Origin: Thermoplasmata archaeon
Lineage (GTDB): Archaea > Thermoplasmatota > Thermoplasmata > Thermoplasmatales > GCA-001856825
Direction: 5' to 3'
Assembly: GCA_021792255.1 (NCBI GenBank)
Contig: JAJYUZ010000004.1
Location: 64,001-128,000 of the forward strand
DNA: 64,000 nt
The notes under the pieces were generated by a model. The model searched no databases. It was not told the DNA's origin and saw nothing but the letters and a program-made list of their open reading frames with translations. The translations under genes were made by a program, and so were the position numbers. Position 1 is the stretch's first letter. Each line of letters begins with the position of its first letter. Below, piece by piece: positions 19,612 through 29,584 of the stretch.

Positions 19612-22600
19612 ATGATAATAAGAGGTAATAATGAGTACAATCTGGAACAATATCTGGATCCGTTGGTCCTGGAATGGTTCACATCCAAGTACAACAACGC
19701 AACAACGGCTCAGAGAATTGGGATTCCTCTTATTCATCAAAGAAAGAACGTCCTGATTTCTTCTCCGACTGGAACAGGAAAGACTCTTTCTGGCTTTTTG
19801 GTAATCATAAATGAGTTGTTCCTTCTCGCCAAACAGAACAAACTTGAAGACAAGATATATTGTGCATATGTCTCGCCATTGAAGGCACTTGCAAACGATA
19901 TTCACAGGAACCTTGAAGTCCCGCTGGAGGAAATCAGGGAACTGGCAGAGGTCAAGGGAATTCACATTCCAAAGATCAGAGTGGGAGTAAGGTCTGGAGA
20001 CACTAGCCAATATGTCAGGCAAAAGATGAATAAAACGCCGCCGCACATCTTCATCACGACTCCAGAGTCACTGGCCCTCGCTCTCTTCTCACCAAAATTC
20101 AAAGAGAAATTCAGAGGGGTGGAATTCCTCATTGTCGACGAGATCCACGATCTTGCCTCAAATAAGAGAGGAGAACTACTCAGCCTGATCATCGAATTTC
20201 TTCAGCACGGCAGGGGTACAATCACCAGAATAGGTTTATCCGCAACGACTGAACCCATCGATGAATTAGCAAAATTCCTGGTCGGAAACGTCGACAACGT
20301 GGATGTGCACATTGTCGAAGCAGAATCGAACAAGAACCTCGATATGAAAGTGATATGCCCGGTCTCTGACCTGTTTTCGGCTCCCCAGGAACAGATAAAT
20401 GAGAGGACCTATGACATAATCGAGTCGATGGTCAAAGAACACACCACGACTCTCGTGTTCACAAACACAAGAAGTGGTGCGGAAAGGGTGTCATCAAAGC
20501 TCATAGAGAGAGGTATTATGGACCTCGAAGCACACCATTCGAGTCTGTCCAAGGAGTCGAGATTCAACGTCGAGGAGAGATTGAAGAAGGGAGAACTCAA
20601 GTGCGCGGTTTCTTCCACTTCTCTTGAGCTTGGTATAGACATCGGGAGCATAGATTTGGTAGTCCAGGTCGGCTCCCCAAAGGGCATCGCAAAGGGGCTT
20701 CAGAGAGTTGGCAGATCGGGGCACTCCGTCTTCGCCACAGCGAAAGGACGTATCATTCCAATGGACATCGACGACCTTGTCGAATCACTCGTCCTAGTGA
20801 AAGCTGCTAAGGCTAAGAGGCTAGATCGATTGACGATACCCAGGAACTCTCTCGACGTCCTGAGCCAGTTCATAGCAGGAATCTCACTGGAAAAGAAGTG
20901 GAGAGATGAGGAAGCTCTCCAGCTCGTGAGGAAGACATACTGCTACAAAGATCTCAAAGAAGAGGATTTCTTGAACGTCCTCAACTATCTCTCGGGAGGC
21001 TTCGAGGAAGGGAACGTTTACTCCAAAATCTGGTGGGACAGGAAGGAACACACCTTTGGAAGGAAAAAGAGCACCAGACTGATATATTTCACGAACGCCG
21101 GCACCATCCCAGAAGAAGCAGACTACGATGCATACTCAGTAGACAACAGGCACCTCGGTGCACTGTCGGAAAAGTTCGTCGAAAAACTGCATAGGGGAGA
21201 CATATTCGTTCTTGGTGCAAGGACGTACGAGTTCCTAAGAATGAGAGGGAACAAGGTGTTCATCAAGGATGCATCTGGTAGAAAACCGACAGTCCCATCC
21301 TGGGTAGGAGAAATGCTTCCTAGGACGTTTGACTTATCAATAGAGATCGGAAAATTCCGGAAGGCACTGGAAGAGAGAATGAAAAATGGGATTGCAGAAG
21401 ACTTCCTCAAAAATGAGTACGCAGCCGACGAGAACAGTGTGAGAAGCGTCATTTCCTACATCACCAACCAGATGGATTATGGAGTGCCTACAAACGACAG
21501 TCTTCTGATAGAGGGCTACATAGACAAGGCGGGCCAATTCTCGATCATATTCCACTTCGCTTTCGGCAGAAGGGTCAACGATGCACTAAGTAGAATTATA
21601 GCATTCAACATCTCAAAGAACTTCTCAGTCAACTCAAGAATATCCCTGACCGACGATGGTTTCATGCTCACTTTCAACAGGCGAGTGGAAGTAGCCAAGA
21701 TTAATGAATTGCTACCAACGATAACGATTGGAGGATCGCTCAGAAGTGCGGTCAAATCGACCGAACTTTTCAAGCAGAGATTTAGACACTGCGCCACTCG
21801 CTCATTTATGGTACTAAGAAGATACAGAGGCAGAGAAGTATCGGTTGCGCGACAACAGCTCAGGAGCGAGAGAGTTCTCGACATACTTTTCTCTATGGAG
21901 AATTTCCCGATAATCGAAGAAACGTTCAGGGAGATTGAGGGGATCGTTATGGACCTTGATAATTCGGGGAAAATAATGACTTCCATCAGAAATGGGGAGA
22001 TAAAGATATTCTCAAGGGACTACACGAGATATCCGAGTCCATTTGGTTTCGGAATCATATCGACCGGGATCACTGACGTAGTTCTCATGGAGGACAAGAG
22101 TGCAATCATCAGGGAACTGCAGGAAGCACTTCTTGCCAAGATGGGCTTGGAGAGCAGTTCAGAAGTAGACATAGAATCACTAATGAATTATCAGGAATCA
22201 AAACAGCTCTTGGACTCGGACGGAGGACTACTTGGTTTCCTCGGCAATGCAGGGTTTGCCGATCTCTACTCGACGGTGTCGTTCTCGCCTCTTAAGAAGG
22301 TTGACGACCCTGAAGAATACTACAGCAAGCTTTCCGAACACCTATCCACTGGAGAAATAGTTCCGGTGTTCACCGGAAAGACGGTGTATACACTGAAAGA
22401 GAACGTTCCCTACCTGGCATCAGTGTTCATACAGGAGAGCGACAGCAAAATCAATTTCAAGGACGGCGAGAGCACAAACGCGATTGCGAAGAACAACAAC
22501 CTGGATCCAGAGTCGACTCTGTTAATTCTCAGAAAGATGGAAAGGGCGTACAAAGCATTCATCCTGAGACACGGAACGAGGGTAAAATGGTACAACAGAA

Positions 22601-24708
22601 CGGTCGAGAAAGCGAATCGAGGGGAATCGGCAGAAAAAGTAGTCCAGTGGCTACTCTGGCAGAATGGTCCCCTGACGTTCAATGAGATTGTCGATAGAAC
22701 GGGGCAGATGAACGAGCTTGAGGAAGCAATAGAGAACCTTACTGCTAAGAAGATAATAGTATCTGGTAGATTTTTCCCGAAGAGGGACAGACAGTACATA
22801 CTCTCCGATGACCTCAAGAAGCTGAGATCTAGTGACGAAGTCGAAATCGGAAGAATAAGGTTGAACAGAGCTCTCGAGAAAAAAGGAGACAGCTATTTCG
22901 ACAAATACCTAGTCGCAAGCAACGTGAATTCCCTCCTTGTCAGGGGATACGCCGATCAAGAAATAAATTCAAAGCGGATAGTTTACGGTCACTTTGCGGG
23001 TTCAATCAGGGGGTACTTCGATGAAAGGTATCTTCCACAATTTATCTCCCTGAACAGGGTAGAGGAGCTGAGCAAGGACGAAAAGGAGACAATCGATCTA
23101 GTTAAAAAAGGAAAGTATGGGATGGAAGACATAGAGGAGAAGACACTGGAGAAATTGGTCAAAGAGAACTATATAGTCTCAAAAGACGGAAGATCGATAG
23201 CTGTAAACGTGGGGCCAGCGGAACCAAAAGAGGTGCTGGAAAAATTTGTCGACACGTACGGACCCATAAGCATCGAGGAAATGGTGCAGACATTTGGAGT
23301 AACTGTCAGGAAATATATTGGAAAACTTGACGTCAAAAAGATGGTGAGCGGGCACTCCACGTACCTCTACTCCAATCTGGCTTTCACCAAGCAGAAGGGG
23401 GTCATAAGCAGAAAGGACCCTCTGTTTTTAATAAACAAGGAAAGGATAGAAGCGGAGACTGGAGAGGGAATGACTTACTTCCTTCTGGAAGATGGAGCCA
23501 TCAAACTGGGGATCGAAACCGCCACGGAGAATGGTATACTTGAGATATTCGAAATTACCGGAGATTATGCCAGCAATTTCGATCAGGTGATGGAAGTAGT
23601 GAACGAGATTTCAAACCGTGAAAAGTTTGATTCTCTCGTGATAAGAAAGATTAGCTTTCCGATTCCAGACAAAGAGAGGATGGATAAAATAGGTTACTCG
23701 ATGATAAGGAATTTCATGGTCAAAGGAACCACAGTTGAAGACTTTTCTCTTGAAGAGGAACAAATGATCCACTACCTTGTCAAGAAGCATCACCTATCAA
23801 ACGGATATAAGCACCCTGATCCAGTGATCGCACTCGGCTCAATCCTGGGATACAAGGGCAACTTTGAACTGATGATGAAGTGCGAAAGGAGCATTGATCT
23901 GGACAAACTGGTGATGAGCAATTTGGCAGTACAGGGGTACCTGATCGATGGTTCGCAGGGGTATCTGAGTAAAGAGAATGTTTCCCTTCTGGCTTCTGTG
24001 AAATACAATTCCCTCAGCGATAATGCAAAGAAGCTCTACGAGATAGTAAAGAAGATGCCGGCGCTCTCGAGAGAGGCGATAGTGGAGCATTCTTGCTTTA
24101 CCATCAACCAGACGCTGAATTATATCAACGAAATGATGAAAAAAAGCATCATTTACAAAGACAATAAGGGAAGATATCGTCTTACCCTCCTACAAAACAA
24201 CAGTGAAGATGCAATGGACAGAGTCACGAGAGAGCTTGGTATTTTCAACGGCAGAATTCTTTCCTCCATACTGGGGCACTCGATAAACGGGAGCTTCATC
24301 TCGGGCTATCTTTCGAGGGGTATGGAGCAAAGCAAATTCCAAAGAATTCTCCCCCTGAAGTCGAGGGACGAGATAATGTACTGCTGGAAAAACGAGACGT
24401 TCTCACCGCCCACGGGGAGTGAGGACGTGGTACTCTTACCAAGAACGCTTGCAATGGAACACGTCTCCTTGATACTTGGATGGAAACCGCAAGGGAAAAT
24501 GGTGCTCCTGAGGGATGGTTACGACCCGATATTCTTCAAGGGAAAGAGATCAGGAAACAAGCTTTCGATAACCACGGAACTGAGGGATGAGACCAAGAAG
24601 AGGATATCGAAGTATTTACAGGCAATTAACATTAAACTCGAGAAACCCGAGAACGACGAAGTCACAGAAAAATGGTACGAACAGATGATTCCGAAGAAAT
24701 ACAAGTGA
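19612..24708 (+). CDS. lhr: Lhr-family ATP-dependent helicase, long form with C-terminal extension
   Basis: SPTGTGKT, SPLKAL.ND, TTPESL, DEIH, SAT, HHSSLS, LELGIDIG, QRVGRSGH, GTIP, FGRRVNDALS. Confidence 0.93.
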   Translation: MIIRGNNEYNLEQYLDPLVLEWFTSKYNNATTAQRIGIPLIHQRKNVLISSPTGTGKTLSGFLVIINELFLLAKQNKLEDKIYCAYVSPLKALANDIHRNLEVPLEEIRELAEVKGIHIPKIRVGVRSGDTSQYVRQKMNKTPPHIFITTPESLALALFSPKFKEKFRGVEFLIVDEIHDLASNKRGELLSLIIEFLQHGRGTITRIGLSATTEPIDELAKFLVGNVDNVDVHIVEAESNKNLDMKVICPVSDLFSAPQEQINERTYDIIESMVKEHTTTLVFTNTRSGAERVSSKLIERGIMDLEAHHSSLSKESRFNVEERLKKGELKCAVSSTSLELGIDIGSIDLVVQVGSPKGIAKGLQRVGRSGHSVFATAKGRIIPMDIDDLVESLVLVKAAKAKRLDRLTIPRNSLDVLSQFIAGISLEKKWRDEEALQLVRKTYCYKDLKEEDFLNVLNYLSGGFEEGNVYSKIWWDRKEHTFGRKKSTRLIYFTNAGTIPEEADYDAYSVDNRHLGALSEKFVEKLHRGDIFVLGARTYEFLRMRGNKVFIKDASGRKPTVPSWVGEMLPRTFDLSIEIGKFRKALEERMKNGIAEDFLKNEYAADENSVRSVISYITNQMDYGVPTNDSLLIEGYIDKAGQFSIIFHFAFGRRVNDALSRIIAFNISKNFSVNSRISLTDDGFMLTFNRRVEVAKINELLPTITIGGSLRSAVKSTELFKQRFRHCATRSFMVLRRYRGREVSVARQQLRSERVLDILFSMENFPIIEETFREIEGIVMDLDNSGKIMTSIRNGEIKIFSRDYTRYPSPFGFGIISTGITDVVLMEDKSAIIRELQEALLAKMGLESSSEVDIESLMNYQESKQLLDSDGGLLGFLGNAGFADLYSTVSFSPLKKVDDPEEYYSKLSEHLSTGEIVPVFTGKTVYTLKENVPYLASVFIQESDSKINFKDGESTNAIAKNNNLDPESTLLILRKMERAYKAFILRHGTRVKWYNRTVEKANRGESAEKVVQWLLWQNGPLTFNEIVDRTGQMNELEEAIENLTAKKIIVSGRFFPKRDRQYILSDDLKKLRSSDEVEIGRIRLNRALEKKGDSYFDKYLVASNVNSLLVRGYADQEINSKRIVYGHFAGSIRGYFDERYLPQFISLNRVEELSKDEKETIDLVKKGKYGMEDIEEKTLEKLVKENYIVSKDGRSIAVNVGPAEPKEVLEKFVDTYGPISIEEMVQTFGVTVRKYIGKLDVKKMVSGHSTYLYSNLAFTKQKGVISRKDPLFLINKERIEAETGEGMTYFLLEDGAIKLGIETATENGILEIFEITGDYASNFDQVMEVVNEISNREKFDSLVIRKISFPIPDKERMDKIGYSMIRNFMVKGTTVEDFSLEEEQMIHYLVKKHHLSNGYKHPDPVIALGSILGYKGNFELMMKCERSIDLDKLVMSNLAVQGYLIDGSQGYLSKENVSLLASVKYNSLSDNAKKLYEIVKKMPALSREAIVEHSCFTINQTLNYINEMMKKSIIYKDNKGRYRLTLLQNNSEDAMDRVTRELGIFNGRILSSILGHSINGSFISGYLSRGMEQSKFQRILPLKSRDEIMYCWKNETFSPPTGSEDVVLLPRTLAMEHVSLILGWKPQGKMVLLRDGYDPIFFKGKRSGNKLSITTELRDETKKRISKYLQAINIKLEKPENDEVTEKWYEQMIPKKYK

Positions 24709-24773
24709 CCTGCTTTGTCGTTTTTCGAAAAATCTGTCGTTTTATTTCCAATTTAACGACAAAGTCCGGGCGA

Positions 24774-24869
24774 TCAGAGAACCAGCTGTTTCTCCGATGC
24801 TTCCTTCTTTTGCCTCTTGATGAACTCTTCCAGTCTCTCTCTTGTATCGTCGTCAAAACCGACGATCAT
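24774..24869 (-). CDS. Small charged ORF (31 aa, MIVGFDDDTRERLEEFIKRQKKEASEKQLVL)
   Basis: Starts by ATGA overlap with the upstream small ORF; helical, charged composition. Confidence 0.35.
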   Translation of the reverse strand: MIVGFDDDTRERLEEFIKRQKKEASEKQLVL

Positions 24870-24970
24870 TCCCGTAAGCGCAGCCGCTCCTCCTTAAGTT
24901 TATAGTATTCCTTCCAGAGCTCATCGATAATCTCCTGATCCTTTGGTGTTTCTGCAAGGAGTTCAAACAT
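24866..24970 (-). CDS. Small charged ORF (34 aa, MFELLAETPKDQEIIDELWKEYYKLKEERLRLRE)
   Basis: Clean ORF with amphipathic helix pattern; coupled to the next ORF. Confidence 0.35.
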   Translation of the reverse strand: MFELLAETPKDQEIIDELWKEYYKLKEERLRLRE

Positions 24971-25107
24971 CTTGCAGATATTATGAACAGCTTATATTCA
25001 TGATTTACTGTGATCAAACCCAATAATGCATCATAATCAGGCACACTTCACTGACCTGTAAATCAGAATAAAAGGTGTTAAGTATGGATTTGGCATTTAG
25101 CTGTAGT

Positions 25108-25578
25108 ATGCCCGTAATCTCAATAATAATGGGCAGCAAGAATGACTGGGAGCATATGAAAGAATGTGTAACCGTCTTAGAAGAATTCAATCTGGATTAT
25201 GAAAAAAGAGTGGTATCTGCTCATAGAACTCCTGATTTCATGAAAGAATTCGCTGAAAATGCCGCTAAACGTGGTGTTAAGATAATAATCGCGGGGGCAG
25301 GTGGTGCGGCCCATCTACCCGGCATGACAGCTTCATTCACGACCCTCCCGGTTATTGGTGTCCCCATTGCGTCAAAGAATCTGAACGGTCTTGATTCACT
25401 TTTATCTATTGTTCAGATGCCATTTGGAATACCGGTTGCCACAGTGGCAATTGGGGGTGTAAAGAATGCTGTCCTTCTGGCTGTAAGAATACTATCCCTA
25501 GAGAATGATGACCTTAGACTTAAATTGGAAAAGTTTATGGGCGATATGAAAAATGACGTTCTCTCGGCTACCATCTGA
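25108..25578 (+). CDS. purE: N5-carboxyaminoimidazole ribonucleotide mutase
   Basis: [35 protein letters not shown]. Confidence 0.96.
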   Translation: MPVISIIMGSKNDWEHMKECVTVLEEFNLDYEKRVVSAHRTPDFMKEFAENAAKRGVKIIIAGAGGAAHLPGMTASFTTLPVIGVPIASKNLNGLDSLLSIVQMPFGIPVATVAIGGVKNAVLLAVRILSLENDDLRLKLEKFMGDMKNDVLSATI

Positions 25579-26638
25579 CCATACTATAGGAATAATTGGA
25601 AGTGGCCAGCTTGGATTGATGATCGTTCTGGAATCTGCTAGACTTGGTGTCAAATTCAATGTATTAGGTAACAAAAGAGATTATGTTTGCAAATTTGCCA
25701 AGTGTTTCGACAACTCTGAGGACACGAAATTCCTAGACGACTCTACCCTCGTCACGTTTGAGTTCGAGCAAGGAAACGAAGAAGCAATGATTAAGGCCTC
25801 AGATGAAGGGAAATTGGTACCGGAGTACAAAAACGTTTGGATGAAAATAGAGAGAGACAGGGAAAAGCAATTTTTGTTTGAAAACGGCTTCCCAGTAGCA
25901 AGGTTTGTTATCGCTCAGAATGGTAAAGAAGCCCTTAAGATTATCAGAGATGAATTCAACTGGAGCGCTGTCATAAAAAAAGTAAGAGGAGGATATAATG
26001 GTAAAGGCCAATATTATATCAGAAATATGAATTATGACCCACAAATTGAGAAAATCAATGAGAAAGTAGTTGTTGAGGAATTCATAGAATTCGATCACGA
26101 ATCCTCTATTATTGTTACGAGAAGTAATAGTGAATTTGTTTCATATCCAGTGTCTCACAACGTCAATAAGGAAGGTATACTTCTTTACAACTATGGCCCC
26201 ATTAGAAGTTATGGAGAAAAGGAGATCGCAAGAAAACTGGCTGATAAATTAAATTACAGGGGTACTATGGGTATAGAATTTTTTGTGAATAACGGAAAGG
26301 CAATCATCAATGAATTTTCTCCGCGGGTACATAACTCTGGTCATTATACAACGAATTCGTCATTCACTTCTCAATTTGAGAATCACATCCGGGGAATTTC
26401 AAATTCCCCACTAGGCGCTACGAATACGTTGAATTATTTCGGGATGATTAACTTGCTAGGTGTTCCATCTATTGATCCATTGGTAGAAAACTATGGAAAT
26501 ATATTCTGGTATAACAAAGAAAATACCGCACCCAGGCGCAAAGTAGGGCACATAAATATTTCCGGGGAATCTATTGATGAGGTAATTAATAAAATTGAAA
26601 TAATTCAAAAAATGATCTTTACACAACGCACTAGTTGA
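25553..26638 (+). CDS. purK: N5-CAIR synthetase (ATP-grasp)
   Basis: [46 protein letters not shown]. Confidence 0.95.
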   Translation: MTFSRLPSDHTIGIIGSGQLGLMIVLESARLGVKFNVLGNKRDYVCKFAKCFDNSEDTKFLDDSTLVTFEFEQGNEEAMIKASDEGKLVPEYKNVWMKIERDREKQFLFENGFPVARFVIAQNGKEALKIIRDEFNWSAVIKKVRGGYNGKGQYYIRNMNYDPQIEKINEKVVVEEFIEFDHESSIIVTRSNSEFVSYPVSHNVNKEGILLYNYGPIRSYGEKEIARKLADKLNYRGTMGIEFFVNNGKAIINEFSPRVHNSGHYTTNSSFTSQFENHIRGISNSPLGATNTLNYFGMINLLGVPSIDPLVENYGNIFWYNKENTAPRRKVGHINISGESIDEVINKIEIIQKMIFTQRTS

Positions 26639-26809
26639 CCTCTAAGCCTGCCGATCTTACACAATAGATTCAGATTGAGAGCATATTTTACTATGTCTGG
26701 TGACACAAAAGCTTAGGTTCTATCTTATGAATAATCATAAGCATGGATACACATGTTTCTGATACGGGGTTTGAATAAATACAATAGTCAAGAAAAGGGG
26801 ACTGACCTA

Positions 26810-26906
26810 TTACGTATATTCCAAAATCTTTTAGCGGCTTGTTTATTGCTTTCTTCATCGTTTCCAAATCGCTCGTGCTACCCATCACGACTGAAACTTT
26901 TTTCAT
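26810..26906 (-). pseudogene. purE: 5' remnant of a second purE
   Basis: MKKVSVVMGSTSDLETMKKA...LKDFGI matches the PurE N-terminus; similarity is lost before SAHRTP. Confidence 0.75.
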
Positions 26907-27010
26907 TGTGTTCGTTCGGTTAAGCGCTATGTGAATAAATGGCTAATGTGACCGTCACCTTTAGAATAAAAAGACAAAAAATATGAATACGTTATTTCGA
27001 TTTTCACAGG

Positions 27011-27307
27011 ATGGTAACGAAAGAAGAGGTGCTCGAGGTACTGAAGACAGTCAGCGATCCGGAGATAGGCGTGGATATAGTAAATCTGGGTCTGATTTAC
27101 AATCTAGACATCGATAACGATAAAGTCAACCTCAAAATGACTATGACTGCGCCAAGCTGCCCGGTCACAGACTGGATTCTGGTAGAAGCGCAGAAAAGAG
27201 TAGAGGAAATTCCCGGGGTAAAGGAATGCAATATTGAACTCGTCTGGGAACCTCAGTGGAACTTGGACATGATCTCCGACGAAGCACGAAAGATGTTGAA
27301 TATGTAG
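27011..27307 (+). CDS. Metal-sulfur cluster assembly factor (DUF59/SufT/PaaD-like)
   Basis: V.DPE...DIVNLGLIY, MTMTAPSCP, VWEPQW. Confidence 0.92.
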   Translation: MVTKEEVLEVLKTVSDPEIGVDIVNLGLIYNLDIDNDKVNLKMTMTAPSCPVTDWILVEAQKRVEEIPGVKECNIELVWEPQWNLDMISDEARKMLNM

Positions 27308-27483
27308 TAAAACGGAAAGCAAAATTGCCTTCAATCCCCTCATTCTATTGAACAGAGCTTCAAGGGGAGACGGTTCTCTCTTGATTATGCCCAACCTGAA
27401 ATCGGTACGTCTTAACCAGAACTGTTCATTGGTAGAAAAAGGAGATGCCTTCCACTGACGACATCTTCCTTTTTGGCCTTCTC

Positions 27484-28749
27484 TTAATTTCGTCCGAACT
27501 CTTTTGTAACTACCTTTATGTCCGCTGGTCTCTTGGCGATGTGACCCAGTTTTATACCATAAATCTCTCTGATACCATTCGTATAAGCTGTGTCAAGAAG
27601 TCTCTGGGAAACTATACCGCCCGTTACTATCCTAGAGTATTTCTTGTCGACTGTGTTGAATTTCTCTATGACTTCATTCAGTGGTAATTTGCCGATCAGT
27701 TCCCATGCATCATCATAGAAACGGACTTCTTTGCCTTGTGAAGCCTCTTCCAAAATTTTCATATAGGCCTTCACGCCCTGGGCCTTCTGTCCGTTTTCAC
27801 CAGCTGGTGCTGGTGCGTTCTGACGTGCTTCGGCATTCGCTACTACCAGGGCTGGCTCTTCCTCCCTCTTGCGAGGGGCAGATTCGCTTTTCAAATTTAG
27901 CGTCTTGAGTTCCTCTTGCATCCCGTGTGATGCTAGATATTGATCAAGGGGAGACTTGTCTCTGAGAGCTTTTACGACCTGTTTGTACGTAAGTTCCTCG
28001 ACTTCGAAACCGCTTGGAGCTCTTGCCACGAAGTCAAGATCAGCCACCTGCAGGAGTTCCTTAAGGATTAAGTCTCCTCCCCTGTCGCCATCTAAGAAAG
28101 CCGTCGAAGTCTTCTGTTTTGTAAGTTCAGTAATAGTCTTGGAAATGTTCGTTCCCTCTACCGCTATGGTGTTTTTAATCCCAAATTTCAGTAGATTAAG
28201 AACGTCGTTTCTTCCTTCTACTACGATTATCGATTCGCTCGAGTTGAGGTTTGGACCACCTGGCAACTTATCAGAACCATATGCAGCTATTTCGGCGTTT
28301 TCTACCTTGCTTCTGACGGTCTGAACCAAGTCCTCTCCCAGATTCTTGTTGTTTAACAACATTTTTTCAAGGATTTCCTTGGCTCTCTCTATGACCTTTT
28401 CCCTCTTCGCTACCCTGACATCTTCTACACTGAGAACATCAACCTTTGCCTTGCAGGGACCAATTCTATCTATCGTCTCAAGGCTGGCAGCAACAATGCT
28501 TGTCTCGACCTGATCGACTCCAGATGGAATGTATACGGTTCCTTCGGATTTACCGTTCTTGGATTCTATGTCTACTTCTATTCTTCCTATTTTTCCCGAT
28601 TTTTGCAGATCTCGTAAGTCTAGTTCGTCACCAAGCAGACCCTCCGTCTGGCCAAAAATAGCTCCCACCACATCGGGCTTTTCTACTATCCCGTCGGTGA
28701 CTATCTTTACCTTCATGAGATACTTGGTGATATTTGGATCTATATTCAC
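27484..28749 (-). CDS. dnaG: Archaeal DnaG (exosome-associated, TOPRIM)
   Basis: VEKPDVVGAIFGQTEGLLG, VVEGRNDV, DGDRGG. Confidence 0.96.
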   Translation of the reverse strand: MNIDPNITKYLMKVKIVTDGIVEKPDVVGAIFGQTEGLLGDELDLRDLQKSGKIGRIEVDIESKNGKSEGTVYIPSGVDQVETSIVAASLETIDRIGPCKAKVDVLSVEDVRVAKREKVIERAKEILEKMLLNNKNLGEDLVQTVRSKVENAEIAAYGSDKLPGGPNLNSSESIIVVEGRNDVLNLLKFGIKNTIAVEGTNISKTITELTKQKTSTAFLDGDRGGDLILKELLQVADLDFVARAPSGFEVEELTYKQVVKALRDKSPLDQYLASHGMQEELKTLNLKSESAPRKREEEPALVVANAEARQNAPAPAGENGQKAQGVKAYMKILEEASQGKEVRFYDDAWELIGKLPLNEVIEKFNTVDKKYSRIVTGGIVSQRLLDTAYTNGIREIYGIKLGHIAKRPADIKVVTKEFGRN

Positions 28750-28918
28750 TTTTTATCACCTCTATGTTACTGTGAAAGTAATATTTTGAAACCCTCACGT
28801 CTGGATTAATAAAGAGTGAAATATAATGTTATCGTTATCAAAACCATTAATTTTCCGAGCTAAGAAAGATTAAATAAAGCAAGAGCATAGTCCAGTAAGT
28901 TTTGAAAGGGTGCTAATT

Positions 28919-29542
28919 ATGGAAGAACTTAAAACTGGTACTACGACATTGGCGATGATAGTAAAGGGCGGAATAGTAATTGCCGCGGACAGAAGGGTCA
29001 CAGCTGGTTACATGGTTGCCCACAAGGTCGGGAAGAAGGTCTATAAGATAGATGATTACATTGGTATGACCACAGCAGGACTTGTAGGTGATCTGCAGAC
29101 TTTAGTTCGATATCTAAAAGCCGAAGCAGAACTGTACAAGTTCAAGAAAGGAACGAGAATAACCGTTTCTGGGCTATCGACCCTGCTCGCAAACATGCTA
29201 AATCAGACGAAATTTGCTCCATTCTATGTGCAGGTGATAGTAGCTGGCTACGATACGAATCCTCACGTATTTTCGATAGACGAGGCCGGTGGATCGGTCG
29301 AAGACAAGTACGTAAGCACCGGTTCAGGTTCGCCATTCGTCTATGGAGTCCTGGAGGACGGTTATAAGGAAAATCTAAGCAAGGATGAAGGAATAGACCT
29401 TGCAATAAGGGCAATCTCAACTTCTTTGCAGAGAGACGCTGCTACCGGGAATGGCATAGACATTGTTACTATAACTCCTGAAGAGGGATACAAGGAGTTA
29501 TCCGAAGAGGATGTTCAAAAGAGAATAAAGAAGCTTAAATAG
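28919..29542 (+). CDS. psmB: Proteasome beta subunit
   Basis: Propeptide KTG|TTT, AADRR, GSGSP, QRDAATG. Confidence 0.96.
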   Translation: MEELKTGTTTLAMIVKGGIVIAADRRVTAGYMVAHKVGKKVYKIDDYIGMTTAGLVGDLQTLVRYLKAEAELYKFKKGTRITVSGLSTLLANMLNQTKFAPFYVQVIVAGYDTNPHVFSIDEAGGSVEDKYVSTGSGSPFVYGVLEDGYKENLSKDEGIDLAIRAISTSLQRDAATGNGIDIVTITPEEGYKELSEEDVQKRIKKLK

Positions 29543-29584
29543 TTATAATTTTTATTATTTTTGATTTTAAAGAAGGAATTTTTA

